Below are positions 1-13,597 of a DNA stretch of 64,000 nucleotides, piece by piece (position 1 is the stretch's first letter; every line of letters begins with the position of its first letter). The stretch lies in the NCBI GenBank assembly GCA_951804945.1, contig OX638161.1:39742001-39806000 (forward strand). The letters are read 5' to 3'. The notes under the pieces are model-generated. The model was not told where the DNA came from. It saw only the letters and a list, made by a program, of their open reading frames with translations, and made no database searches. Source of the DNA: Podarcis cretensis. Taxonomy: Eukaryota. Made by a program: the position numbers and the translations under genes.

Positions 1-789
1 GAAGGGAACGGCGGAGGCGAGTGGAGAGCGGGGACCCGGTGCAGGTCCTGCCGCAGGCGGCGCACCCCGGCTGGGCTGGGAGAGGCGAAGCTGCTGCCGG
101 TTCAGCTGTGCAGAGTGGGGTGGAGGGAGCCGGGCGGGCGGGCGGTGTGCCACACCGCAAAGCAGGGGCGCCTCCCACCCCGAAGAGGACCGCGCCGGCA
201 TCTGGGCGGCTGGAGCAAAGTGGGAGCCTGCCAGCAACTTGGCTGTGGGAGCCTGGCTACGAAACACCGCCCCCCTCCCCATGCCAACACATCGGCTTTC
301 TCCGGGCTGGAGGACTTGGTGGATAGCCCCCTCCCCAGGAGCAACTGCAGCAGCTTGGGACCCCAGCAGGACATCCTGGCCACCCACGGCCGCAGTGCCG
401 CTGGGGCTCCCTTGCAAGGAAGAAACTGCTGCTGTCCAAACTGCAGCTCCGTATCCTCCGACTTCTGAGTGCGGCGGCAGGGCGGGGGGAGGCAACATTT
501 GCTTCTGCTCTGCTCTGTTGGGACAGGCTCCTGTCTCCTCCCCGTTGGAGCTCCAGTCTGCCTGGAAGCCCATCTCGTCATCTTTTTAAAAAATCATTAT
601 TATTTCTTCTTCTATTCTTATTTAAAATCGTACTGGAATAGGTATATTAAATAGTGTATAGGTTCAAGACAACACACACCAGTGCCTAAGGAAAAATAAC
701 TTTGATAAAGTCCTACAGATACAACTGGCCCTTTGAGGGTGACCAAACTGCTGATGCGGCCCCCGATGAATTTGAGTTTGACACCCCTG
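1..789. mobile_element. hAT (Charlie-like) non-autonomous DNA transposon, right end; left end probably outside the window
   Basis: Ends in ...GCGGCCCCCGATGAATTTGAGTTTGACACCCCTG (to 789), the reverse complement of a CAGGGGTGTCAAACTC-type hAT terminus. The GC-rich interior has no recognisable protein, so how far left the element extends is inferred. Confidence 0.55.
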
Positions 790-2471
790 TATTAGTAAGT
801 CTAAAGGCTTGATTATGTAAAGTGTGGTTTGGCATTCCATCTAAATGTAGCCATAGGCTTGAGGGCTAGGATCTTGCAGCTCTTTTTGTTTGTTTGTTTG
901 CAATTACCTGTGAACCAAATCTTACTACTTTTCTTGGTTTGGGCATTACATCTGAACCAAACTAATGAAGAGAGAGGCCTAAAGTGCATGGCTAACGGTC
1001 GGTAACATTTCTGAAATTGGGGCAAGGAGTAGCTGAGCACTTCTAGAAACCAGTGCCTTGTACAGGTGTCTGGCCCTTCCCACTGCTAGCAGAAGAAAAA
1101 TGGTATTATATGAAATAAGCAAGTTATCATTTACTTCATTTGTGTAATTACACAAGTGCTAGAGTGCAGATGGTTTGGGCTGTAATCCTATATCCGTTCT
1201 CTTGGAAGAAAGCCCAATGAACGCATTAGACTTACTTCTGAGTAGATATAGGATTGTACTGATAGATACCAACACTAGGTATACTGATGCAGTATTGGGT
1301 TGTTGTTGCTTTTTTAAAAAAGCAGATGCATGGTCCTGCTCATAGCGATCATAACCCACAATTTATAATGTGTGTTTTTACCCTCAGGAGGGCAAATCTG
1401 AAATGATTTTTTAAAATGCATTTGAAAAAAGCTATAATAAAGAAGATGAAAATCAAGATTTGTTCATGTTACAAGAAGTTGGGGAAAAGGTCTTTAGAAG
1501 AAAGGTCCCCCGGTCTTGTAAAAGTTGTAAGCAGAAATCCAAAGGTAGAAATAAAATCTTCTGAAAAGTTGTTGTAGCCACGTTTTAAACCAAATTATTC
1601 TTGACATTTTGCTTTGCAAGCACTAGCCAGTTAAAAAATATTTTGTTAAACATAGTTGAATTTGCATATAACCCCAATGGAAAAATTTAGGTAGAAAAAA
1701 TTGTTGAACCAACCTCTCAGGCTACTTGCTGTTACCAAAGATAGTTCCACTAAACAGCTACCTTAAATATCCATTCCAAATATTATCATCAGTTTAGACC
1801 TCTATTGCACAACAAACACTTTATGAATTCTTTTGTTTTCTAGCTTTTCCCTGAGACTAGGCATTCTCAGTTCTGCATTTCTCATGGCAGATCTTGCAGT
1901 ATAAACATTTGAAGTTTACGTGGTCTCCTCCCAGGGGTGGGTTTTAACAGCCATTTCCTGTATGCAGCACTTTTGCTTCATTGTCTGAGCTGGGTGCATT
2001 GTACCAATTTCACAAGAGAAAAAAATTCCATGTTGGAAGTATTACTTGCCTCCAGTTTAAATTGTCAATGTTCTTCATAGTGTTTGAGCTCCATTTGTGA
2101 TAGCAGATATATTTTAAGTATCTCCTTCAAAATGGAGCATCACAGAAATGTCTGTCACACAAGATCATGTAGATTTACCTGCTGTTAATCCAGGACCCTC
2201 CCACATACATAATAGGAAAAGAAAAAAGGAAGCAAGAGCCAAATGCAGTCTTCTGGGCCAGATGCTCTCCAGCTTCTCCAACTTGCCCATCCTCGTAGGG
2301 ATGAGCCAAAATTGAACCTAGCTCAAGTGGTAGAGCAGACTTTGCACAGAGGTCCCAGGTTCAGTTACTGACATCTTAGTGTGAAAGGATTGGATAGTAA
2401 GTGAGGAAAGTCTTTTCGCCTGAGGGTTCTGGAAAACTGCTGCTAGTCAAAGGAGACAACACAGGCTACAT

Positions 2472-2635
2472 CAGGGTGGTCCAATTCACAACCCTCAATA
2501 CTTTTTTTGGTGGCCCTCAGCAACATATGCCCCTCCCCACTGGGTCTTGCGCTGCCTTCTCAAAGTTTGTGGTCCATGGGTTCCCTGTCCAAGTACGCCT
2601 GCGGCCTACTTGGTTTGAAAAGTTGGGCCGCCCTG
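2472..2635. mobile_element. hAT MITE
   Basis: Imperfect TIRs CAGGGTGGTCCAA / TTGGGCCGCCCTG, flanked by an exact 8-bp target-site duplication GGCTACAT (2464-2471 and 2636-2643). Confidence 0.8.
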
Positions 2636-3591
2636 GGCTACATGAACAAACACCTTGATCTGGCATTAAGCAGTTCCCCTATAAAGTTAAGAAGGAAGGA
2701 GGAAAGGTTTCTCAAAAACAATTCTTCCTTGCTTTATTTGCTTGCAAAGTTTAACATTCTGATTTAAATTCACCCAGCTTCTAGATACCATTGGAATGCT
2801 CTGTTCCTGAAATGCAAAAAGGGAGAGAAAAGCATCCTGCTTGGTATGCCGATACTTGTCTTGTTAATGCCTTAGGACTTAAGAAAAAAATCAATTTCAA
2901 CAGCAACACTTGAATGTGTGTAAAACTGTTGAAATTGCCAGCAAGTTTGCTTCCAAGGATCATCCGAGCCTTCTCCATCTCCAGTAGCCTATACGAAACT
3001 GGCAGAGAAGAGAGTTGGAAATGCTGGTACTCAACAGTTTGCTTCCGAATGTTTGATTTCTAGGGATGACCTCAACATTCTTTTTAAATGTCAGTGAGAT
3101 TCCACCAAGCCTTGCCTACTTCTTCATACCAACTTGTTGGAGAGCTGTGGCTCATGTAGCCGAGGCACCTCACTTAAGAGTGAGAAAGCCCTACCCACTG
3201 CCCTGATTGGCTAAAGGAGGAAGGTGGGACCCCAGGACGGCATAAAACCCCTTCTAATAGAAGACTGCAAGATTTCTGGCAAACCCACCTTGATCTTTCT
3301 CCTGCGGCTGGGTATATGATTCTGCTCTTCCCACAGCCCAGCTTGTATCAAAGTTTCAAGCTCTGATAACCTGATACTAGCCACTGTGGGTATCCATCTC
3401 CTTTTTTTGCTGCAGTTGTTTGGGATCTACAAGCCCTCATGTTCTTCTGCCCTTTACATAGTCCCAACACTTCAGTGGTCTAGCTACTTGGGATTCTTAA
3501 AGTGAAGCTCCCTCCACACCAACAGTTAGCAAAACAAGCAAATCTGGAGCCCTCTCAATGCATGGGACATACGCTTTCCAATTCTTATTTT

Positions 3592-3597
3592 TTTAAT
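3592..3597 (-). terminator. Candidate poly(A) signal (ATTAAA) ending the long ZNF865 3' UTR
   Basis: The minus strand reads ...GATGTACAGACTAAACAAACATTAAAAAAATAAG, preceded by an AU-rich, TGTA-containing stretch typical of 3' UTR ends. No transcript data available. Confidence 0.4.
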
Positions 3598-6500
3598 GTT
3601 TGTTTAGTCTGTACATCGTAAATCAGACACCTTTAAAACAATAGCTTGGTTTAAAACACAAACACACGCTCCCATTCCCCTAACCCCGACTGAGAAAAAC
3701 ACACGCTGTACAGTTCCCAAAGGGGCACCACCAAGGAGGACGGGACAGGTTATATCGGTCCAGGCCCATCAGCTGCATGGACAACGAGGGGGTCCTATAC
3801 ATATTATATTTTAGTACACGTTATCATAAGGGACTTGAATCTTGGCACCAAAAGTACTGCACTTCCTATGGCCAATGGGAGAAAGGGGTAGTTAGAAAAA
3901 GAAGTATTTATATATAAACGTATGTATTTATAGATCTGTATTAATATAAAAAGTCATCTTGCTAACATGATTGCAATGGGTTGGATCCTATCTGCGGCAG
4001 GACTCTCTTCAGAGATCACAACAGTCACTGGTCTGGGAATGTTTGAGTCCTGTCTCAAAAATGTCCATCTCCCAGTTTGGGATGAGTGGGGAGCATGGGA
4101 AAACATCGCCCGCTGTCAGAACCAGAGAATCCATGTTCCCCAATGAACTGGAGGGCTGATGGAAGTTCAGATGATTGTGTGTCTTGCGGCATCTTAAAAC
4201 GTCAGGTCTGATGCTTGGAAAAGACAGGAGGATCTTCACAATTCCCGTTCACAGCAGGCAAGGCATCAGGGGTGATGAGAATCTGTAGGACAGCCAGCAT
4301 CCTAGTGATGCACACACTTCAGAGCTAAGAATCCATCCAGGTATATTTATATAAAAGGCAGAGCAGTGAAGTGGGAAGGTTAGTTGGCAAGTCTTGATCG
4401 CACACTCCAACTGGGTCTTCAAAAGGATCCCATTGCCCAACCAGAATTAAAACCTGGAACACCTGTCTTTGACCTTAGTCCCTACAGAACCTTCCCACAG
4501 AATTCAAGCCAAAGAATGCCACCTCTTACTCTCTAATCCCATGACCTCTTATAGAGGAAAATTAGAAGTGCTGTTCAGCTCTTTTTTAAATAGCATCTTT
4601 CACATGAGAGTGAGGCATGACAATTTCACATCGCACCAACTATCCAAACCAAACTACAACGGAGAACAGGGAAACATACTTGGAAAAATCAAACCACTCC
4701 TAGAATGAAGAGTGGGCACAAGCTTCATTTCTTAAGCAAACCTGATCTTACAAGTGACAGCAGGCAGATGAGCAGAGTTCTCTGCTCTCTGGCATTAGAA
4801 TTTTGGCTGGAAGCAAAGAGAGCCATTTTGCCCTCAGCTCCCTCTTCACCTGTAAATAAAAAAATTAAAAGGGTGAGTGGGGAAGCGAACTCTCTCTTGC
4901 TACTTTCTAATCATTGTGAACACAGGAGGTGATTAAGGGGTGTTAAGATGGAGTAACTGCTCTTCTAAGGTCAGAAAACGTTAAAACCTTTTTTTCTTTT
5001 TTTTTAAAGAACTTTTAAAAACTTAGGATGAAAGTCGAGACTACATTTTGTCAATTGTAGGAAACAGAACACCATTCTCATAGGCAAGGCCTGGCTGAAT
5101 ATATTAGCATAAATTTTGTGACTGAAACAGGAATTCCACAGCTGTGTGGAAATTTGTCTTCTATATTTTAGGCCTGTAAATTATTCTGGAGGGGAAAAAA
5201 TCCATTGGAAATCCTGTTATGTGTGAGACAATGTTATGTTGTGGTTTCGAAACATAGTATTTTTGTCTTAGGTCACCTGGGAATGCATAAGACTTGTTTC
5301 ACCCTGTCATGCTCCATCGTCCATTTGGGAACCTACACTTAAAACAATTTGACAGACAAATCATCTACTAGATTAGTTGTTGTGAACTCGCTTGTTATTC
5401 CTGGGTAATAAAGTAGATGGTATAAACAACAGCCTTTAGTGTGAGAACAGGTCATCAGTTTTGGGGTTACCACGTCTTTCCGTGGGGTTTCCGTGGAAAC
5501 CATGCTCAACTCAACGCAGAAGCAGCTCTTCCTACGAAGCAGGTATGGTATAAACAAGATACACTTGTATTCATAAGGAGGAAGGAGAATCTAATATTAA
5601 ACTCAGCTCTATTGGCAAATTACAAAGTCAGGGAGGGAAAATTCTATATGGAAAGTTTCCATGTAAGGCAGGGAGAGTTATATCCACCACCATGGGGAGA
5701 ATCCACTGAATTTCAGCTACAAGTTCAGGCCTTAAAACTTTAGTATAAAGATAAAACAAGAAAGAGAACATCCAGTATCAGCCACTTATGGAGGCAGGAC
5801 ATTAGTCAGTAGTATTTCAGTCTGTCAGAGACATTAAGATAACTGGGCCTGACTCAACATGGACAAAGAGTTTCCCCCTGGAGTTGACCCAACATAGGAA
5901 ATGTGGAACCGAGGCTGGAAAGTAACAGGCTGAACCCTCTTCCCATCTCCTTTCTGTTCTTCACACTCTTCGTCAAATAGGACACAGGGTCACCAAATTC
6001 CGCGAGGTTTCCTTTAAGGAACGCCCCACCCCCCAGCCGAGTCCATTTCTATCACAATTCTCTATCCCCAGGCAACTCTGCAACTTTGGCAACATCCCCT
6101 TTTCCCTCTTCTTCCAGGCACTGGGCAACCACACTGGAATAATAAAAGCATCTTTGGGTCCTCCTATCCTTGGACCGTCCATCTCACCAAAGTAGGAACT
6201 ATGGATGCAGATGCAGGGATGTAGACCAGAAATGGCAAGGAGGCACCTTTGGTATTGCCACCTGAAAGAAAGTCTTCATGCTCCAACATGGAAAAGCAGT
6301 AACGTTTCCCGTCACAACTGTCTTATTAGATGCAGAAGGTCAACTTGGATCACGAGGGACAGGGAGAGGTGAACCACCTGGTGTCCACCGTCCACAAGGG
6401 GGCGTGCTCTTAGAACTCTTTGGTTGCATGTAGTAACTCAGCTTCCTCTTCTGCCTGTTCAGAACCAGAGGGTGATGAGCAGCGCCCAGAGAGGGTGCTG

Positions 6501-8015
6501 GGGAGCCACGCCAGGGAGCTAGAGAGTTTGGAAGAATCTTTTTGACCATACCTGACCAATATTCCTGTTTGGGTGGGGGGGAAGAAGGTCCATGATTTAA
6601 GACTGAGGATGAAAAAGTCCCCGTGGGGTACTCCAGCCACAAACTAGTTAAGTCTGCCATTTATCTGATGTGAGGGCGCCAAAAGTGTTGCCAAGAACAG
6701 GGTGGGCTTGTGGGAGTGGAAGAACTGGGGGTGAAGCACTGGATGTGCTGTGCAAACCAAAGCAACATATCTCACTGTGGGATGCAGAGCCACCAGGTAC
6801 GTTTGCTTTCCTCTCTCTCAGCTTCATACGCAACCACAACCATATGAGGTTCTGGCAGGAGGAAGAAGGCAACACACACTAGCTAACTGGTGTGTCAATT
6901 TGAAAATTCGGGAAAAGACCACATGGTACAGTCTTTCTGGGCCTACACCACTTCAAGATACATAAGGGGGGAAATGACCTATCTGAATGCTCTTTCATAT
7001 TCAATACTGTATTCCCTTCATGTGGAAGGTATCAGGGAGAAGGCTAGGCTAGAACCTTCCCTCCAGACTCGCTTGTTTCCTATGAGTGTTTTGTTTTTAA
7101 AGTGAGGGAGCATTCGGGTTTATGATCCTCCAGCTGCATCATGAAGTGGTAACTGTCCTGGAGGTGGGAAGACATGTAGATATTTTATGGTGTGGCAGCA
7201 TCTAGATCATATTGTACGATATGCAAAGTTCAAGCAAGCTCCTCTAATTTCCTACACAGGTAAATGGTGGTGGGGGACGGGACACTATCTTCTGTCAGCA
7301 ACCAGGTCCCATGGGCAACTAAGGTATTTGAAAGAGGAAAAGCAGCCCATTGTCAGAGGTAAAGGAAGCACCCAAATCAATGTCTTTCCTCCAGAAAGGA
7401 AGCAAGACCTACATAGCATAGATCAGGTGGCTGGGTTCACAGTAAAATTTGGCAAGCGCTCCTGAAGGACTGTACCATGTCCTGCCCTCTACTGAAATTT
7501 ATGAATTGGCTCTAACACTTAAATGGAGGAAAGGAAGAGCCATCTCTTCCTGCAAATGGGAACCTAGATGGCTTCTTCTCTCTTTCAGTATCTAGGCTTA
7601 TTATTCCACAAGAACATCATTCCTCTGCTCCCACTTCCTGGAAAAGGTAATAAATGTCCATCCGTTCTTGGTAAGAAAGGTAATTTCTATGACAGCCATC
7701 CTCTCCTATCAGTTTAGATTAGGGAATCCAGGATAGACAGGGCAACAGCTATTTGTTTGGGGAAAACCAAGGTCCAGGGAGGATACCTACGTAAACCAAT
7801 CCTGTGTTGCATCCCTGGTTCTCCGTGGATTGCCCCATGCAATTGTGACTTGAGGACTCTCCCATATCCTTCCCCAAACATAGCATCTTACTGCCATTTT
7901 ACTACAGGGAAACGCCTGCCCTTGTGGCTTGCAACAGACAGGAACTAGCCTCCTCTTCCCACCCTCAAGTACCAGGATAAAGGACCGCCCAGATTTTCTT
8001 CCCCTGCCCCCAGCG

Positions 8016-10596
8016 CTAGGCTTGCTCCTTGTGGCCTCCCATGGCGGCAAAGCGCTCCATCTTGTGGATGTGGCGGTGTTTCTTGAGGCCATAGGTGTTG
8101 GAGAAGGCTTCTCCACAGGTGCTGCACTTAAACGGCCGCCCTCCCTGGTGGGCCTGGACGTGTTTGCTGAAGTACTTGGGGTCTTTGAAGAGCTTGAGGC
8201 AGGCCCCGCATCGCAGCTCGCGCTTGGCATCGTGGGAGCGCTGGTGGCGCAGGATGGAGGACAGGTAGAAGAAGCTCTTGGAGCAGCGGTCGCAGCGGTA
8301 GACCTTCTCGCCCAGGTGCACCCGCTGGTGCTCCAGAAGGTTGCTGCGGTAGCGGAAGGTCTTGCCGCAGGTGGGGCAGCGCTGGGGCCGAGCCACCACG
8401 TGGAGGCGCTGGTGCTCGGCCAGGCTGGACGACTGGGCAAAGCGCTTGTTGCAAAGAGCGCACTTGTAGGCCCGCTCGCCGGTGTGCACCACTTTGTGCT
8501 GGCGCAGGTACCAGGAGCGCAGGAAGCCGCGCCCGCAGACCGCGCAGCGGTAAGGGCGCTCCTCGGTGTGGCAGCGCTGGTGGCGCATCAGGAGGGCGGC
8601 CTCCCAGAACCGCTTGCCGCACACCGGGCAGGAGAAGTGCCGCTTCTGCAGGTGGGTGCGGCGGTGCAGCAGCAGGTCATAGGCCCCCGCGAAGCTCTGC
8701 CCGCAGACTGAACAGGCCAGCGTGCGCCGCACCAGGTGAACGTACTTGTGGGTCACAAGGCCCAGGAAATGCTTGAAGGTCTGGCCGCAGATGGAGCAGG
8801 AAAAGCGCTCCCCGCTGGGCAAGGTAGGGTGGTGGTCTTCGAAAGATGTCATGTTGTCGCCACTGGCCAGCCCGTTCTCCAGAGGCGCCACCGCCGCGGC
8901 CGTCTCGTCCGGTGGCAGGAGCCGCTCGGGGGCAGCCTGGTGGACCAGCTTGTGCCACATGAGATTCTCAATGAAGCCAAAGCACTTGCCGCAGACGTCG
9001 CACGGGTACGGCTTCTCGGCCACGTGAACTTCCTTGTGGCTCATGACGTGGAAGAGATCGGGGAAGCGCTCTCCACAGTCAGAGCAGCCGTAGGTCAGCC
9101 CTTCGGGAGGCGGTGGCAGCGAAGGACCCATGGGTGCCAGCGAGGGCCCCATGGGTGGCAAAGAGCAAGGCAGCTGCAGCCGGTGGATCTGCTTGTGGCG
9201 GGTCAAGCTCTGTGGGTAGCCAAACACCTTCCCGCAGATCTCGCACTTGTAGGGCCTCTCCCGCGTGTGCACCACGTGGTGTTTGCTGAGGTGGAACGAC
9301 TCGCGGAAGCGCTTCCCGCACACAGCGCACTGGTGAGGCTTCTCCCCGGTGTGGATCCTTTCGTGGCGCTTCAACGTCTCCCGGCGCCCAAAGCCGCGGC
9401 CGCAGATCCCGCAGCAAAAGTTCTTGCCCGCTGCCGTCCCCACCAGCAGCGGGTGACCCAACAGCCCGTAGGATGTGGGCTTGGTGTCGCCGTCAGAACC
9501 GGTAGCCTGCGGGTCTTGTGGGAGGAGATAAGCTCCCGGCGGCAGGTAGGACAGGGCGTTGGTGCCGTCCTTGGGCAGCTGGGCTCCCTCGTGCTGCAGC
9601 TGCCGATGGCGCAGGAGGTTCTGGGGAGCCACGTAGCCCTTGCCACAGATGTCGCACTTGTACTCAGGGCGTGGCGGCAAGGTTCCAGGTGGCGCGTGGG
9701 TAGCCTGGTGCTTCAGAAGGTAGGAAGCGTCCCGGAACTCCTTGCCGCAAACCCCGCACTGCACTCGCAGGAGATCCGAGTGGGTCCGCACGTGCCGCTT
9801 TAGGCTCTCGCGTCGGTTGAAGCTCTTCTGGCAGACGGAGCATGAGAACGGCTTCTCGCCCGTGTGGATGATCTGGTGCTGGTGCAGGTGGCTTGGTTTC
9901 TTGAACACCTTCCAGCAGAGAGAGCAGGTGAACGGGCCTTCCGCCTGAGCGATGGCAGCACTGAGGGCGGAGGCGGCTGCTGTCCCAGCGGATGCGGGAA
10001 CCACCTGAGGGTTGCCGCTCTGAGTAGGAGGCTGAGCTGCTCCCTCGGCACCAGAAGCAGCAGTTGCGTTGGTGGCAACAGCTGCGGCAGCTGCTGCAGC
10101 AGCGGCTGCAGCTGCGGCTGCGTTAGCAGCGGCCGCATTGGCAGCCGCCGTGGCATCCTCGGTGTCCTTGTGGCAGCGGCGGTGCCGGATGAGGCTGGAA
10201 ATGTGGTTGTAGGTGCGGCCGCAGGTGGTGCACTCGTAGGGCCGCTCGCCTGTATGTACCAACATGTGTTGCACAAGGTGGGATGACTGCTTGAAGGATT
10301 TCTGGCACACGCCGCACGGGAAACGGCGGTCGATGAAATATTTCAAGCGCCGGAAGTAGTTCTTGTCGTCTTTGCCCGCCTGGCTGTCAGTAGCAACAGT
10401 GGCTGTAGCTGGGGGCGGGGCCTGCCCACGTTTCAGGCTGCTGAAGAGGTGCTGGTGGCCAGAAAGGTCCACAATGCCCCACTGAGGAGTGTTGTAGGCA
10501 GCGGCAGCGGCTGCAGCTGCTGCTGTACTATCGAAGAGAGGCTGGCCTGTTGCTGGCACCACTGCTGGACCAGTATAGGGTGGTTGCTGTTGCTGT

Positions 10597-10631
<35 letters not shown>

Positions 10632-10958
10632 TGGTGGTGCAGGAGCCCCCGGTTCGGCTTTCTTGACTTGAACGTTGGCAGAAGAGGCAGCCGAGGAAGA
10701 GGAGGATGGGCCTTCAGCTTTGGGCTTGGAGGTGCCAACAGCGGTGGGGACACGGTCAAAGTGGGCAGGTGGGGCGGCAGCGGGCGGCTGGGTGTAGTCG
10801 TACTGTGGCTGTGGGCAGGGGAGGGCGGCGACTGCTTTGGCGTGCTCGTGGTTGTAGGCCTCCATAGGTTCAAAGCGTTGGTGGTTCAGGAACTCCAAGA
10901 AGTCGAAGGGGTAGCTCTGGAAATGCACACCCTCGTCGCTTGCTGCATTGGCTTCCAT
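8016..10958 (-). CDS. ZNF865: Zinc finger protein 865 (980 aa, 20 C2H2 fingers, single coding exon)
   Basis: The N-terminus MEANAASDEGVHFQSYPFDFLEFLNHQRFEPME, the motifs TPQWGIVDLSGHQHLF and KDDKNYFRRLKY, and 20 CxxC..H..H fingers match ZNF865 as recalled. The true start is M47 of the ORF track (10958), because a splice acceptor (TTTCTCTCCTTTGTCTAG|G) places the exon start at 10981. Confidence 0.93.
10584..10631 (-). repeat. Coding (CAG/CAA)16 polyglutamine tract in ZNF865
   Basis: 16 consecutive CAG/CAA codons on the minus strand. Confidence 0.9.
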
Positions 10959-11429
10959 CTCCACCCGGGAGGGGGCACTGCCTAGACAAAGGAGAGAAAC
11001 CGGATACCAATGTAGACACATGCCAGACATATCCAGGACACCGGCACTCTTTGCTATGGTGGCTCCATTAAAAAAAATAAATCTGATATGTTCCATTTAC
11101 ACAATGGGATGGGTCAAGAATTTTCTGATTTAAAAAAAGAAAAAGGTGCCAGTTGTTAAAATTAATTGCAAAGAACCATGGTGCTGCCTTATATTCAGTC
11201 AGACTTGTCCACCAAACCCAATATTGTCTACTTCTGACTGGCTGTGTCTCTCCAGGGTCTCAGGTATGAGAACAAGAACCTCGCTGCATCAGATTAAAGG
11301 CCAAATATTCCAGCATATAGTCTCTGTAGTGGCTGTTCAGAAACATATGCGGAGCTCATAAGCAGAACCTGAAGGCAAGACCTGTCTCCTCTGCTGTTGT
11401 CCATCAGAGACTGGCATACAGAGGCATGC

Positions 11430-11770
11430 TGTCTCTGATCCCAGAAGTGGTAAAATAGTATATAGTCATCATGACAGCTACCCACGGAGAGCTTTATTCT
11501 CTGTGAATTTGTCTTAATCTAATTTTAAAGTCGCCTAAATCGGTGATCATCACCAAGGAAATCCCAAGAGAACACGTGGGGTAAAGGAGTACTTCCTTTT
11601 GTCTGTCCTAAATCTCCTACCCTTCTGTTTCATTGGAAGACCCTGGGTTATAGTATTATGCTGGCATCATTTTACACACCTCAATTGTGTCCTTAATTGC
11701 TTTTAAAAAGGCCCAAATATTGTAACTTTTCTTCATGGGGTGTTTCTCTAGCCCCACAAACCTTTTATGG
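11430..11770 (-). mobile_element. Degraded CR1 LINE fragment
   Basis: Resembles an antisense CR1 ORF2 3' region (e.g. TACTTCCTTTTGTCTGTCCTAAATCTCC). Boundaries approximate. Confidence 0.45.
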
Positions 11771-12389
11771 ATGGCATTTACCTGTTCTAACATTCTTAAA
11801 ATAAACCAGGATATGTCTCAAACCACCGGTGCTGCCTCTCAGCTTTAGTTCCTCCTCTCAATGAGAGCACAGGTGACTCACTCTCCTAAGCTTGACAATC
11901 CTCCAGGTTTTGAGTGGCAAGCAGGGTTTATACCCATTCAGTGCTAGTTGGCTCCAATGCAGCTAAAGCATTAGTTCTTTGAATATTTATGGAGTCCTGG
12001 TATTAAACAGAGGTTAAAAAATGGGACTCTCAGAGGTCACAGGTACAAAGCATTCCAAGGCAAGGCTCGCTTTGGGGAGTTCAGAAGCCCGTGCTTGTCC
12101 CTGAAGTTTGGGGTTTGCGTATTTAAAACAAACTCCTCTGCAAAGTGGCTTTCCTTGCTCGAACATGCTGGGCTCTGCCAATGTAGGTTACCAGGGCTGA
12201 AAGCCAGTGTAGAAAGTTTGAAGATGGAAAACTCCATCTTCCCACTCAGCTAAAAAGGTTTCTCATGCCGCCTAAAACCAGCCACTCTTATTCTGCCTAA
12301 CCTACCCCACAGGATTGTTATAGAATGGCATAGTCCCATACATGCCCCTCTAGGCATGCATACATACATGGGGCTGTCACATTTTATAA

Positions 12390-12718
12390 CAGGCATGGGG
12401 GGAACTCAGGCTCAGAGGCCAAGCACTGCCCTCTCCACCCAGCCCTTGGAATTCGACCCAAGCCACACCCCTTTCCCTGGGGCCACGCCCCTTTCACCAG
12501 TCCTTATTTGCATCCTCCTCAAGGGTTTTTGCTTGGCTGAAAGGTGTTCTGCCACTGTGGTAATGTCTCAATTGCCTAGATGCAGAGATGGGTGGATGTG
12601 CTTTTGCATGGCTGGTATATAGCCAACTGTTTGAAGATGAGGCACACCTATGGCACTTTTACCTGCCCCACCCCTTGAGGGAACATAACTGTTGAGCTGA
12701 AGAGCTTTCCCCCACCTG
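12390..12718. mobile_element. hAT-type MITE
   Basis: Termini CAGGCATGGGGG ... TTTCCCCCACCTG with similar flanks TTTTATAA / TTTTATGG. Confidence 0.5.
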
Positions 12719-13065
12719 TTTTATGGCAACCCTGTAAGATAAGGTAGGCTTGAGGGGTCATGAAGGGATACAAACTAAAATGTGTATAGGGTTGATGCGT
12801 CAAAGATTCTACCTCAAGGAAGTGGGCTTCTCATCCCTTCTGGCTAAATGCTTTCCTACTTGCCAATCTTATCTAGAACAGTGTGTGCCTTAATAATAAA
12901 ATACAAACTATTCTGCATTCAAGATCCTCCCGTATTCTGCCCCCATAAATGCAGAATTCTGCAACCTGTATGACTTATGGAAATTCATCCAGTTGTGAAT
13001 ATTTTATATTTCATAACGGCAATCTGTTTCTGATAAGACAAGGGGAAGGTAAGTAAATGTAAGTA

Positions 13066-13190
13066 CAGTGGTACCTCAGTTTTCGCGGCTCCCGTATTGA
13101 GTTTTCCGTATTGGGTTTTCAGTTTTTGAACGTTTTGGAACTCAAACGATCTTCCGGAATGGATTACGTTCGAAAACCGAGTTACTACTG
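13066..13190. mobile_element. Tc1/mariner (Tigger-like) MITE, internally deleted
   Basis: TA|CAGTGGTACCTC ... GAGTTACTACTG|TA, with TA target duplication. Confidence 0.7.
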
Positions 13191-13597
13191 TAAAAGGTCC
13201 ATTTGAATATCCATATGTAACATCTTATTTGCCTATCTCGGGCTATCATGTGTCTCTCCAAACAGAAAAGTCTTGCAGTGTTGTCAATATTTGCTCCAGT
13301 TAGGTCTCTGGTAACTTTACAAAGGAAGGGAGTTCCATAAAGGTGCATTTGATGACCATCAATAGAGGGCACTGATGGGGAGCATGGGCCACCATTTTAC
13401 CCAGCAGAAACTTACCACAGTGAGGGGGAACACATGGTCTTCTGCAGCATCTAGCCATGAACAGAAGAGGTTTTCACCACTTCCCTTCAATTTCAAATGT
13501 GTCCTAAGAGTCTCATGACCACGTAGGTGGACACTACAGATGTACCCAGGCCCACCGCAGTAAGTTACCATTTGGTAAATCATTGTCACCATTGGTC

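Noticed and set aside
21-654. Overlapping GC-rich ORFs at the window start (possible ZNF784 end by synteny)
   Set aside because: No C2H2 or other domain in any frame, and the stretch ends in a hAT-type terminus at 789, so it is better explained as transposon interior.
7787-10985. Many 100-355 aa ORFs overlapping ZNF865 on the opposite strand or in shifted frames
   Set aside because: Shadow ORFs caused by GC3-rich zinc-finger codon usage; no independent domain or splice evidence.
10959-11096. 46-aa N-terminal extension of ZNF865 in the ORF track
   Set aside because: It crosses a strong splice acceptor at 10982. Homology starts at MEAN (10958); 10959-10981 is 5' UTR and the rest is intron.
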